From Patescibacteria group bacterium (lineage in GTDB: Bacteria; Patescibacteriota; Saccharimonadia; CAILAD01; JADZBC01), in the NCBI GenBank assembly GCA_052034495.1, contig JBPOIL010000001.1, positions 14 to 64,013 on the forward strand: a stretch of DNA of 64,000 nt, read 5' to 3'. Shown here piece by piece: positions 26,869-37,500 of this stretch. Below the pieces are notes generated by a model. It saw only the letters and a program-made list of their open reading frames with translations, was not told the origin of the DNA and searched no databases. A program made the position numbers and the translations under genes. Every line of letters begins with the position of its first letter. The first letter of the stretch is position 1.

Positions 26869-27222
26869 TTAGAGCTGGTTGATTACGAAGTTCATGATGG
26901 AGTAGGAAAGGAGCGCAACGACCACACCGATGATGGCGTACAGAATGGTGTCCTTGGCAGCCGTAGTGCCTTTTTGGTCGCCGCCCGAGAGAACGTAGCG
27001 GAAGCCACCGATAATCAACATGATTACAGATACGATACCAATGATGGTAATCATCAAGTTCGTGATTCCTGCAATTGAGTCAGTTAGGCTCGTTGTCTCT
27101 AGGTTGCCTTGTGCTGCATTGATGCCTTCTTGCGCATCAGGGTTAGCGGCAAGCGCAGTACCCGCAGACAACATTACCCCTGTTAAGCCCAAGCTAACCT
27201 TTGTGGTGATTTCTTTTACCAT
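26869..27222 (-). CDS. TrbC/VirB2-like T4SS pilin
   Basis: Same motif GGFRYVLSGGD...AKDTILYAIIG; AAGGAG SD. Confidence 0.85.
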   Translation of the reverse strand: MVKEITTKVSLGLTGVMLSAGTALAANPDAQEGINAAQGNLETTSLTDSIAGITNLMITIIGIVSVIMLIIGGFRYVLSGGDQKGTTAAKDTILYAIIGVVVALLSYSIMNFVINQL

Positions 27223-27294
27223 TTTAATAAATTCTCCTTAAACAATTATGCTTAGATTGTATATGACTCCACCTGGTTTGACAACAAAAACTTA

Positions 27295-27666
27295 CTAGGA
27301 AGCAGGGAAGAGACCGATCACATAATTAACTATGGCGTAGGCAAGCATAGTAATGACCAGGCCGATTACTGAATAGAGAATGGTGTCCTTGGCCTTTGTG
27401 GCCTTGCTAGAATCACCAGCAGACAACGAGTACATAATGCCACCCACAATAATCATAATGACCGATATAATACCCGCAATGGTAAGGAGCGTGCTCGTGA
27501 TAGTGCTAATTACAGTTCCGGCGCTATCGGGCGTTCCGCTTAGGCTAGTAATCTTCAGGCTAGTGGGAATAGGGGTGGGGGCAGGATCTTCTGCCAAAGC
27601 CACGCCACGCCAGAGTAGGGTGGTGGCGCCTGCGGCTAGGTACTTAAGGGTCTTTGGAATTTTCAT
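27295..27666 (-). CDS. TrbC/VirB2-like T4SS pilin
   Basis: GGIMYSLSAGD...KAKDTILYSVIGL. Confidence 0.85.
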   Translation of the reverse strand: MKIPKTLKYLAAGATTLLWRGVALAEDPAPTPIPTSLKITSLSGTPDSAGTVISTITSTLLTIAGIISVIMIIVGGIMYSLSAGDSSKATKAKDTILYSVIGLVITMLAYAIVNYVIGLFPAS

Positions 27667-27710
27667 AACTGCATTATAGACTAGTTTGCCCAAAAGTATA
27701 AAGACCAAGA

Positions 27711-27986
27711 TTACAGGCCGAATGCGGCCATGACAAACTGACCAATCACTCCTGCCAGGATTGCCAGGATAAGCCCACCAATCGCGTTGGTAATCGTCTT
27801 CTTGGCCTTTTCTTGGCCCTGGGGATTACCGGCAGACATAGATAGCTGAATGCCTCCAATCACGATGAATATCACCGCCAATGAGCCTGCGAGCATCAGG
27901 GCAAATAGACCAATGTTGTTAATCAAGTCCATAATGCTGCCATAGTCTGCGTCTGTCCCGACCTTTACGTCCTCAAACAAGTTCAT
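27711..27986 (-). CDS. TrbC/VirB2-like T4SS pilin
   Basis: GGIQLSMSAGNP...KAKKTITNAIGGL. Confidence 0.8.
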   Translation of the reverse strand: MNLFEDVKVGTDADYGSIMDLINNIGLFALMLAGSLAVIFIVIGGIQLSMSAGNPQGQEKAKKTITNAIGGLILAILAGVIGQFVMAAFGL

Positions 27987-27995
27987 ACATACTCC

Positions 27996-28349
27996 CTATG
28001 CAATGTTAATTCCGAATATACCCATTATGGCACGAAGACTTATGAGAAGTATAAGAGCCACAATGGCGTTTATGAGTCGGCTCTTTGCGGCCTTGAGTCT
28101 ATCTGGACTGTCTCCAGATGTGATCATTTGCACCCCTGACACAACAATCATAACCACAAAGAGCGCTCCGAATAGTCCAACCATCATATTCGCAATAATG
28201 CCAATCAACTCCATTGGCTGGTCCGTACAGAGGTTTTCTGGCAAAAACTCCCCACAGTTATCTACTGTGGCGGCCCTTGCGCTCGAAGGCAGGGCCAAGA
28301 GCAGGGTAGCTAATAATGCAGTCTTAATGTTGGCGATCTTCATCTTCAT
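27996..28349 (-). CDS. TrbC/VirB2-like T4SS pilin
   Basis: SGVQMITSGDSP...AAKSRLINAIVAL. Confidence 0.8.
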   Translation of the reverse strand: MKMKIANIKTALLATLLLALPSSARAATVDNCGEFLPENLCTDQPMELIGIIANMMVGLFGALFVVMIVVSGVQMITSGDSPDRLKAAKSRLINAIVALILLISLRAIMGIFGINIA

Positions 28350-28438
28350 TAGTCTTAGAGTTTAGTTGCTCTTATTGAGGTACTTATAAGCGTAAGCTCT
28401 GTACCTAGCTGTGACTATTATACTATAATGACCACATA

Positions 28439-30658
28439 ATGCCTCGACTTATTAAAAATACTGCGTCTCGCCGCTGGTCCCTGCTAAAGGCTGGGCTATT
28501 TGTGGTGTTCGTGGCCGTGTTTGTAAGCGCGCTAGTCAGCCCATCAAAAGCCAGCGCATCGCAGTCTGCAAGATTCGAGGACGCTTCCCATATAAAAATA
28601 AAGGATAGTGGCATGGATACCTTTACACTGCAAGAAGTGCAGGATGCAGCCACAGATGCCCAAATTGATGCCCAAAGCTCGGGGGAAGATGGCACGGTAT
28701 TAAAGGCTGTGTACTTCTTTAGCCCTGCGGCCAACCTTGGTAAGAGGATATGGGAAGCGGGATGTCAGGGGTGTTATGACTACTACTTCAGCCCAACACT
28801 TACCGTGCAAGCTGGCTTCCCAGTTTATGTAGGAGCTGGCGAAAATAAGCGCCTAATGTACCCGCTCTACGAAATCGCCCCTCGAGCTGGCGTTCGCTGG
28901 GATAAAGATCTTAAGCCCCCTATGTCTGAACCAGCAGTGATGACTTTTAACTACGAGGAAAACGGCACCAAAACACCAGAAAAGAAAGATGGCAAAGTAA
29001 TCTGCTCCATGGAGCAATGGATAAACTGCTACGAAAACACTAATGGGGGGAGGCTAATTACGTCCTCTACCTTCACAGACGCAGAGAGAGACAAACTAGA
29101 CGATATAATAAGCAAGACCAAGTCTACGTTTAAAAGCACGCAGAACGCGATCAAGGACAGTTGTGATGGCGGAGCTTTGGGCTTCATTCTCTGCCCCATT
29201 CAAGACGCCATGCTCAAGGTCGTAGAAACACTGAATGGCTGGCTTGCGAATATACTAGATATTAATACGAGCGGGTTTCAGAACGACACACTGCAAAGGG
29301 CTAGCCAGAATATACTCGGCCTAGCAAACGCCATATATGCGTTAATATTCTTGGTGATAATATTCGCTAACGGCCTAAGTATTGGTATAGACAGCTACAC
29401 CCTCAAAAAGATGGTACCGCGGCTCGTTGCCGCTATAATCCTTTCGCAGTTCGCATACTTCCTTACAGGGGCATTTATAGAGTTTGGAAATGTACTGGGC
29501 CGAACTGTTACGGCATTCTTTGTGCAGCTCGTACCCGAGAGTGCGAATGGCGTTGGACTAGGAGGTGCAGTTACTCTGGGGGTTCTAACTGGCGTTGCAA
29601 TACTACTAATCCTGGTGATGCTGCTAGTCATTATAGTTGCCTTCTTGGTGGTACTGGGCGTGTTGGCACTACGTTGGGCCGCCCTATACGCCCTGATACT
29701 TGTTGCTCCGCTTGCTTTTGCGGCCATGGTGCTGCCAAACACCAAGAAGCTATTCGACTTATGGTGGAAGAATCTCCTGAAGCTGGTAATGATGTTCCCG
29801 ATTATTATGGCTATCACAGCGGGTGCAACATTCCTAAGCACGGTTATGATAGCCGAAGACGCACCGCTTGTTATTCAGATTATTGGAGCGCTCTTGCCGT
29901 TTATTGGATTCTTGATGGTTCCGAAGGCGTTCAAGTGGAGCGGAAGCTTAATGGCGGCAACCGGCGGAAAGGTTTCGGACTGGACTGCAGGAAAGGCCAA
30001 AGGTACATACCAGAAGAGTGCAAAGGAAGGCAGTATAGCAAAAGCGAAAGGTAAAGGTCTTCAAATCGCCGGCGGAGCAGCGACCAAGATGCCAGTATTC
30101 GGAGGGGCTGCTGGAGGGGCTCTGTTGAAACGAGGGGCTGCGGCACGTGGTGCTGCTTCAAGTGCAGAGAAGGATTATTTCAAGAACTTTTCAGATGAGG
30201 ACCTTGGAAAGTATATAGCGGCAACAAAAGGAAAGGGGAAACTCGCGGGCGTGGCGAAAGGAGACCTGGATCGACGGATTAGTGAAAAGGCCAAAGACCA
30301 AAGAGAATACTTTAGCCGTACGGGCACTGTGGACACAGTTGGGGCAGCAAAACTAGAAAAATTACAGGCGTTCAAGCTCGGGGAGGTCGGAGTCGATGCC
30401 GACGAGACTCGAGAGGGAACGTATTACGATCCATCAAGAGGGGTGGTTACAGCCACCGTAAAGCTCGACCCAACAACCGACAATGTCGAGGTGAAGGGCA
30501 GTATTGTTGATATATCTGGGGCAACTGTGGTGGGAGTACCAACTCCACCAGGAGGTACGCCCGTGTCGACCAACCTCCCTAAATCGGGATCAGTCCCTCC
30601 TGGTTCTGGGCCAAAGTATTCAGGCTACGATCCCTCTAAGCGATCTAGCTTCTTATAA
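28439..30658 (+). CDS. VirB6/TrbL-like polytopic T4SS membrane protein
   Basis: LGFILCP, YTLKKMVPRLVAAIIL and APLAFAAMVLPNTKKLFDLWW motifs; position in locus. Confidence 0.75.
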   Translation: MPRLIKNTASRRWSLLKAGLFVVFVAVFVSALVSPSKASASQSARFEDASHIKIKDSGMDTFTLQEVQDAATDAQIDAQSSGEDGTVLKAVYFFSPAANLGKRIWEAGCQGCYDYYFSPTLTVQAGFPVYVGAGENKRLMYPLYEIAPRAGVRWDKDLKPPMSEPAVMTFNYEENGTKTPEKKDGKVICSMEQWINCYENTNGGRLITSSTFTDAERDKLDDIISKTKSTFKSTQNAIKDSCDGGALGFILCPIQDAMLKVVETLNGWLANILDINTSGFQNDTLQRASQNILGLANAIYALIFLVIIFANGLSIGIDSYTLKKMVPRLVAAIILSQFAYFLTGAFIEFGNVLGRTVTAFFVQLVPESANGVGLGGAVTLGVLTGVAILLILVMLLVIIVAFLVVLGVLALRWAALYALILVAPLAFAAMVLPNTKKLFDLWWKNLLKLVMMFPIIMAITAGATFLSTVMIAEDAPLVIQIIGALLPFIGFLMVPKAFKWSGSLMAATGGKVSDWTAGKAKGTYQKSAKEGSIAKAKGKGLQIAGGAATKMPVFGGAAGGALLKRGAAARGAASSAEKDYFKNFSDEDLGKYIAATKGKGKLAGVAKGDLDRRISEKAKDQREYFSRTGTVDTVGAAKLEKLQAFKLGEVGVDADETREGTYYDPSRGVVTATVKLDPTTDNVEVKGSIVDISGATVVGVPTPPGGTPVSTNLPKSGSVPPGSGPKYSGYDPSKRSSFL

Positions 30659-30666
30659 GAAAAATT

Positions 30667-31500
30667 ATGAGTCAATATAAAGTCCCCCAAAACGTAGAAG
30701 CAGAAGACACCATCCTGGGTCCGTTGACGATTAAACAGTTCATATACGTCGTCATCGCAATAGGGTGGGGCTTTCTGTGCTGGCGTGTGTTTGGCGTAGC
30801 TCCAATCATAGCCATTTTTCTAATACTGCCAATTTCTGGGCCACTCTTAGCACTCGGGCTCATCCGCCGCGAAGGCCAGAGCTTCGAAACGTACTTTATC
30901 GCCATGATTCGCTTCGTGCTTGTGCCCCGCAAGCGTACCTGGCTCAAAGACCAGTCAAAGGTGGTCATTAAGGAGGAGGTTAAAAAGCCAGAGTTAGAGG
31001 AGGTAAAAATGCCGAGCGCCACTGAAGTCCGCGGAGAACTGCGCAAACTTGCCACCATAGTCGACAGCCGCGGCCGCATACCAAAGGGCTTGGAGCTTCA
31101 ATCTGCCGATGCAAACGTGGCCGGCAGCGCGCTCAGTCAGCGTGTAGTGACTCCCGAAGCCACCCAGGTAGCGTCAGAAATAATTGCTACTAAGGTGTCG
31201 GCACCCCGCACGGACATGCTCGACATGCAGCACAGCCCACAGGCCGTAGCAGTAGGGGAGCTCCTAACTACGAGTGGTGCGAATGTAAAGGCACAGGCCA
31301 TAGCGAACATGCAGAAGGCTGCTACTGCTCCTACAAGTCACCCTGCCAGCCAAGCACAAGCACCTTCGCAAGCACCAGCGCAAAATGCTATACTACAAAG
31401 AGCTGCCGAGAGTAGTGGCGTAGTGTCTGTACAGCAACTTGCTGACCAGGTTAGCCGCCATAATGTTCTCCAGCAGGGGCAAAGCACGCAAGTTCGCTAG
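30667..31500 (+). CDS. PrgI family (VirB3-like) protein
   Basis: YKVPQNVEAEDTILGPLTIKQF, two TM, PRKRTW. Confidence 0.85.
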   Translation: MSQYKVPQNVEAEDTILGPLTIKQFIYVVIAIGWGFLCWRVFGVAPIIAIFLILPISGPLLALGLIRREGQSFETYFIAMIRFVLVPRKRTWLKDQSKVVIKEEVKKPELEEVKMPSATEVRGELRKLATIVDSRGRIPKGLELQSADANVAGSALSQRVVTPEATQVASEIIATKVSAPRTDMLDMQHSPQAVAVGELLTTSGANVKAQAIANMQKAATAPTSHPASQAQAPSQAPAQNAILQRAAESSGVVSVQQLADQVSRHNVLQQGQSTQVR

Positions 31501-31542
31501 CTCCGTTATTTTGTCAGTAACGCACTAGGTATAATCGCAAGT

Positions 31543-32613
31543 ATGGCTCAGCCAACTCAACCAAATCCACAAATTACCGACCAACAGCGACAGGCCTTGG
31601 CCTCTGTAACGCCGCCCAAAAACGTCAAAGATCAACGCGCCAGCACACAGAACCACTTAATGTTTTCGGAAATACGCGACAACATCGTAATGATGCGCGA
31701 CGGGTCATTACGTATGGTAATTATGGCCTCGGCGGTTAACTTTGACCTTAAGAGCTCCAGAGAGCAAGACGCGATTGAATACGCATACCAAGGCTTCCTG
31801 AACGGCCTGCACTTCCCAGTGCAAATTATCATTCGTTCGCGCAAAATCGACCTAGACAACTATCTTGGCAAGCTCGAGGGACTGCAGGCAGAGCAAGAAA
31901 ACCAACTCCTGGCAGGCCTAATGGAAGACTATATATTTAACATCCGCGGCTTGCTCGAAGACGTCAACATTATGGCAAAGTCATTCTACATAGTTGTGCC
32001 ATATTACATTCAGGTGGCCAGCAAAGAGAACATTGTTAGCAAAATAACTGGGCTCATGAAGCAGAACGAAGACGTAGTGGAGAGTAGTGCGGACTTTGAA
32101 AAACATAAAGGAGAGCTTATTCAGCGTACCAACATTGTGGCTCAAGGCTTAGCCCAGATCGGCATACGCGCTGCCGTACTGACCACCCAGGAGCTGATTG
32201 AGCTGTACTATGGCTCGTACAATATCGATGAGGCGCAAAACCAACCCCTCGTAGGAATGGATGAAATAAATTCGCCAGTCGTTGGCAGGAGTGGTGCGCC
32301 GCTTGTACCGCACGGGCCAGCGCAAAAGGTTGCGGAGCCCGAAGACATGTTTGCCGCCGCCCGCAAAGCAGCCGCAACGCATGCACCAGTGGCCCAACAG
32401 GCTCAACACGTTGCTGCCGTACCGCAAGCCGCACCAGCAATCCAGCAGGCGCCAAATCAAGCCGCTACTACATCCGTACAGCAACCAGGTCCGCCAGTGA
32501 CTCAGCCTGTACCGACTGCTCCAGCCCAGCAGCAAGTTTCTGCTGGCCAGACGGTACAGATTCCTCGCCCCGCAGCAGCGCCTCAGCAGCCACCCCAGGG
32601 AGGGCCTCAGTAA
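31543..32613 (+). CDS. T4SS-associated protein (VirB4/TraC N-terminal-like) with Q/P/A-rich tail
   Basis: STQNHL..SEIRD, VNFDLKS..EQDAI and FPVQIIIRSRK motifs; directly upstream of VirB4. Confidence 0.7.
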   Translation: MAQPTQPNPQITDQQRQALASVTPPKNVKDQRASTQNHLMFSEIRDNIVMMRDGSLRMVIMASAVNFDLKSSREQDAIEYAYQGFLNGLHFPVQIIIRSRKIDLDNYLGKLEGLQAEQENQLLAGLMEDYIFNIRGLLEDVNIMAKSFYIVVPYYIQVASKENIVSKITGLMKQNEDVVESSADFEKHKGELIQRTNIVAQGLAQIGIRAAVLTTQELIELYYGSYNIDEAQNQPLVGMDEINSPVVGRSGAPLVPHGPAQKVAEPEDMFAAARKAAATHAPVAQQAQHVAAVPQAAPAIQQAPNQAATTSVQQPGPPVTQPVPTAPAQQQVSAGQTVQIPRPAAAPQQPPQGGPQ

Positions 32614-34505
32614 TGGCTGTTAAAAAACCAAGGGTTGACCCTAGAGTTCAGGCAGAGATTGATCGCCGGGCCGCAATCCAGGCCGAAGCCGAGAAGGTTT
32701 ACCGCGAAGGCGTAGTAAGTTTACGGGATATCATCGCCCCGTCATCAATTGAGATTGTAAACGACCACATTAAGATCGGGAAGCGCTTAGCGCGGACGCT
32801 GTTTGTGTTTGGCTACCCCCGCACGCTCTTTACTGGCTGGTTGTCGCCACTTATTAATGTCGATGAAATTATCGACATTAGCCTCAACATTATCCCGGTG
32901 GAGAGCAAAATTGTACTCGATAATCTCAAAAAGAAGGTAGGGCAGCTAGAAGCTAACTACACTATCAACCAAGAAAAGGGCAAGGTGCGCGACCCGGGGC
33001 TAGAGGCTGCCATCCAGGATGCTGAGGAACTCCGCGACAGCTTACAGGTGGGTTCTGACAGGTTTTTCCGACTTGGATTGTATATAACCATATATGGTAA
33101 GGATATGGATGAACTAAACCTTGTGGGTAAAAAGATTGAAAGCATGTTAGGCCAAAGCCTCATCTATACCAAGCCGGCAACGATTCAAATGGAGCAGGGC
33201 TTTAATTCAACTATCCCAATGGGCCTGGATCAGCTTAATGTATACCGGAACATGAACACAGGCGCGCTGAGCTCAACCTTCCCATTCACTACGGCCGAAC
33301 TCAGTCAGGAAGACGGCATTATGTATGGTATTAACCGTCACAATAATGGGCTTGTGATTTTCGACAGGTTTAGCCTGGAGAACGCTAACATGACAGTGTT
33401 TGCCAAGTCCGGTGCTGGTAAGAGTTTTGCGGTTAAGTTAGAGTGCTTGCGATCTCTCATGATGGGAACAGAAGTGGTTATTATAGACCCCGAGAATGAA
33501 TATAAAACGCTTTGTGATGCAGTGGGGGGCAGCTACCTGCACTTATCTCTCGCCAGCAATACCCGCGTTAATCCATTTGATTTGCCTCAAACAGTGGACC
33601 CAGAAGAGGCAGACAATGCCCTGCGAGCAAACATAATCATGCTCCACGGACTGCTCAGACTGATGGCTGGGGACATGAGTCCTACAGAGGAAGCCGACAT
33701 GGATATCGCCCTGATCAACACTTACGCCAAAAAAGGTATTACCAACGATCCGCTCACACACCGTGCCCAGCCACCCGTAATGGCCGATTTGTATAATGAG
33801 TTACTATCTATGCCGGGGACCGGGCAAGGCCTCGCCGCCCGCTTGCGCCGTTTTACTGAAGGAACGTTCTCGGGTATCTTCTCGCAGCAGTCCAACGTAC
33901 AACTTAACAACCGGTTTGTGGTGTTCAACATTCGCGACTTAGAAGATGAATTGCGACCCATCGGTATGTACATTGTGCTCAATTATATCTGGAACCGTGT
34001 TAAAACCGACCGCCGTAAACGAATCCTTGTGGTAGACGAAGCCTGGCAGCTCATGCAATACCAGGACTCTGCTATGTTCTTGTTCTCAATCGCTAAGCGT
34101 GCCCGTAAGTACTTCCTTGGCCTCACAACCATATCCCAGGACGTAGAGGACTTCCTAAGTACTCGGCTAGGTCGTGCAATTGTAAATAACTCTTCCTTGC
34201 AACTCCTCCTCAAGCAAAATCCAGCAGCCGTAGACATTGTAGCTGACACGTTTAAGCTAACGAGCGAAGAGAGTAGTCGGCTAAGTCAGTTCCCAGTAGG
34301 GGAGGGTCTATTCTTTGCCGGACTCAGCCACATTATTCTACGCATCTTGGCCTCACCAATGGAGACTCAACTAATCAGCACGAACCCACAGCACATGCTC
34401 GATCAGCAACGCGCCCAGCAAGAAGCCGTGGACGCAGCCGTAGCCGCCGCGCCACCACAGCCAGAAGCTAACTCGGCGACTCCAGCAGACACAAGCCAAG
34501 CGTAA
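32613..34505 (+). CDS. virB4: VirB4-like T4SS ATPase
   Basis: AKSGAGKS Walker A, IDPENEY, VVDEAW Walker B, RARKY. Confidence 0.9.
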   Translation: MAVKKPRVDPRVQAEIDRRAAIQAEAEKVYREGVVSLRDIIAPSSIEIVNDHIKIGKRLARTLFVFGYPRTLFTGWLSPLINVDEIIDISLNIIPVESKIVLDNLKKKVGQLEANYTINQEKGKVRDPGLEAAIQDAEELRDSLQVGSDRFFRLGLYITIYGKDMDELNLVGKKIESMLGQSLIYTKPATIQMEQGFNSTIPMGLDQLNVYRNMNTGALSSTFPFTTAELSQEDGIMYGINRHNNGLVIFDRFSLENANMTVFAKSGAGKSFAVKLECLRSLMMGTEVVIIDPENEYKTLCDAVGGSYLHLSLASNTRVNPFDLPQTVDPEEADNALRANIIMLHGLLRLMAGDMSPTEEADMDIALINTYAKKGITNDPLTHRAQPPVMADLYNELLSMPGTGQGLAARLRRFTEGTFSGIFSQQSNVQLNNRFVVFNIRDLEDELRPIGMYIVLNYIWNRVKTDRRKRILVVDEAWQLMQYQDSAMFLFSIAKRARKYFLGLTTISQDVEDFLSTRLGRAIVNNSSLQLLLKQNPAAVDIVADTFKLTSEESSRLSQFPVGEGLFFAGLSHIILRILASPMETQLISTNPQHMLDQQRAQQEAVDAAVAAAPPQPEANSATPADTSQA

Positions 34506-34540
34506 TGAGCTATAATATAGCTATATAAAACCAGGAATCA

Positions 34541-37500
34541 ATGGCTCAAAACACAGGACGTGACCCAAATCTAGACGAAGGTCAAGCTTACGGCGGGACC
34601 CCCACTCAGCAGAGCGGGGGAACTAGCATGGCGCGTGATATTGCCCAGGCAGGTAAGGATGTTGCAAAAAGTACCGGCAAAAAGTCGCCTGGGAACGAAA
34701 AGCTCCCCGACAGTCCTTATGTAAAAGGTGGCGGTAACGGCGAGGACAGTCTACCGTCGCGTGGTGCCAAAGCTGCTCAAACCATGGCAGGCAAGGGCGG
34801 CACAGACCCTACGACCGGCCAGGCAGGGCGAGCCACCCAGGCGGCCCTAGAGGCAACAGGAACCGCCAAAGATAAGGATGAGCAAGGAGTCGCCGAAAAG
34901 GCCGCCCGTAAAGCTGGTGGTAAAGCTGCTCGCGCAGGAGTAGATGCTTTCACTGGTAGTGATCAGTTGGGGCAAGTTGCGGATCAAGCGGTTCAAAGTA
35001 TTGACCCGAAAAAGGCAGCCAAAAAGGGAGCGAAGGCGGCCGTCGCTACTATAGGTATTGGAATCGCACTGATAGTCACCCCGCTGCTTTTACTACTGTT
35101 AATTATCGGATACGCATTTACCCACCCCTGGGATGCTGCTAAGGAGGTTATTACAAATGCTAGCTACCGACGGTTCGTAGCAAGCGTGGCAGGCTTGGCA
35201 GTTGGCCCAGGAAGCAGCGCGAATTCAATAGCCGCTATTACCGGCCCCATGCCATACGAGGTGGACTATAGACCTGGCTCTGCTATTGCGGCCCCGGCTG
35301 GCCCTAAGCCAGAGCCAGGGACGCTCGAAGATGCCATCTCCAAAATTGACTACGAAAAGTCCAGGAACCGGTTTAAAGGTGACTACTGCGAGTACAGAGT
35401 GATAACCAAGCCAGTGGTGTCCTACGACGGCCAGCGTCGTAACGTCATCAATAAAGTTGTAGATGCAAAAGGTAAGCCCGTAGAGATATCATCCCCCGCC
35501 GTCTACCAGTGTATTCTAGAACAATACCCAGTTATGGAGACCATGATGCGTAGCGAGCAAGCTCGTAAGATTAACAAGCAAATGCAAGTTAACTTCTCCT
35601 ATGCTGAAAAGGAAGATTCTAAGGCTCTTGAAGGCAAATCCAAAGAGGAAGTAAAAGAAGCACTACACAAAAAGTCTCTGACGCGTTTATGGAGCAACTC
35701 GGACAGCCCTTACGGCAATAGTACCGAGTGTGTAGAGGACTTTAAGCCTACAGGCCCCAAGGTGGATAGGGCGATTAAAAAGGTAATCAACAACTTAGCC
35801 TGTGGTGCTCAACCGGAAAAGATCGATGTCGACTACAAGGTAGAGGAAATACCTAAATCACTCGACACCGACTCAGCCAAGTATGAAAAACGACTAGTCG
35901 AATATACCAAGGCCGCTTGTGTTTTCTATAAGAAGCTCAATGAGGACAAGGATGCTATAAAAAAGTATCAGCTAAACCGAGCGAAGTCATCCGCCCGAGC
36001 TGGATTCCAGGCCCTAACCTTGGCTGATACCGGCGTAGCGGGCGAAATATCAACCGAGGAACTTAACGGCGACTTCTATAAAATCTCAAACTTTGCTTCC
36101 TCGAGGGCCTATAAACAAGAGGTGAATGGAAGCTCGGATGGCGTGCAAGTAGACCCAGAGGCTATACCGACCACAGTACTTGGTCTTACGAAGAACTACT
36201 TCGAAGGCCTGGAGGACAATGGTAGAATCAAAGACTCACTCGCTGAAATGTGCAAGGATCAGGACAAAATAGGCGACGGTGGTTTCACTGGTTTCGCAAG
36301 CTTTATAAGTGGCTTGTTTGGCGGGGGTGGGCCATCAAAAGAAGAGCTTGCTAAGGATATTGATGATGCACTTACGTACCTAAAAAAGGACATTCAGAAG
36401 AACAATTCTCAATACTTTACCTCAGCAGAAAAAGTAACCCTAGAAGACATTATCGTACGTACGGTCATGATTACCTCTAACGCCAGTAACAGCGGTGTAG
36501 AAGATGGCCCAGATAACTTTAACCGGATGATAGTAGGTGCGAAAAACTCATCATACATACATACCATGTCGCTCCTAGGTGGTAGCTACCAGACTGAACC
36601 CGAGGCGGCTCAAGCGAGCATCCAAGTTGAACAATACAAGCGACTTCGAGATAAACAGGGTGGTATAGCCTATAGGCTTTGGAATAAGGATAATCCACGC
36701 TCGTTGGCAAGTCGGCTCGCGGCTGAATCCACAGCGACACCTTCGCAGATCACTGAAAAAACTTCACGTTATGCGCTTAATATGCTTAACCCGATTCGGG
36801 CCTTTGCCGAGGTAAACTCTATGATTACCTATGTGGGCTATGGCGAAACTAACCGGGCCATTGCGGCCGCGGACGACGATAGGGCGTACTGGAAGATCGA
36901 CACAGCCGGAGTTCAAGCTACGGAAGATGCTGTGCAGAATGCCCGCTACATCGAGGCGTTAAAGAAGAAGGTCGCGGACCCTGCTTACACTAATGATGAA
37001 ACTATTAAGGCAGTTGCGGCTTCATTTGCAGCGTGGGACAAGTGCATGGATACATACTATCCGGATATGCAGACCCTTGATGATAATAAAGATGACAGAG
37101 CATGTCAGATTATGCGAAAGACCACCGGAAGTAGAGCTATCGCAAGCAACTACGCTGTATCACCCAATAAGTATAAACTCCCTACTGGAAATATCCGCTT
37201 AGCTGCACTTAGCCCAACTTCCGAAAAAGCACTGGCCCGTAAATACGCTGTGTACAAAGGCCATGTAAACTTCTATAGCGCTTGGGCACGGCTTAGCAAG
37301 ACCGAAAAGGATGAAGAAATGTATGCCAATAGTGGACCATCGGATGAATCAAATGGGGCTGCCGACCAGGTTGCTACTGGCAACACGGGACCCAACGGTA
37401 GTGTTAAGTCTGATAAGCCAACGGCTTGTACGAGTGGGCCGCAAGAAGGAACGGTGGAACTATCTAAGTATATAATGAGTAAGTTCGGAGCAAGCAGCAT

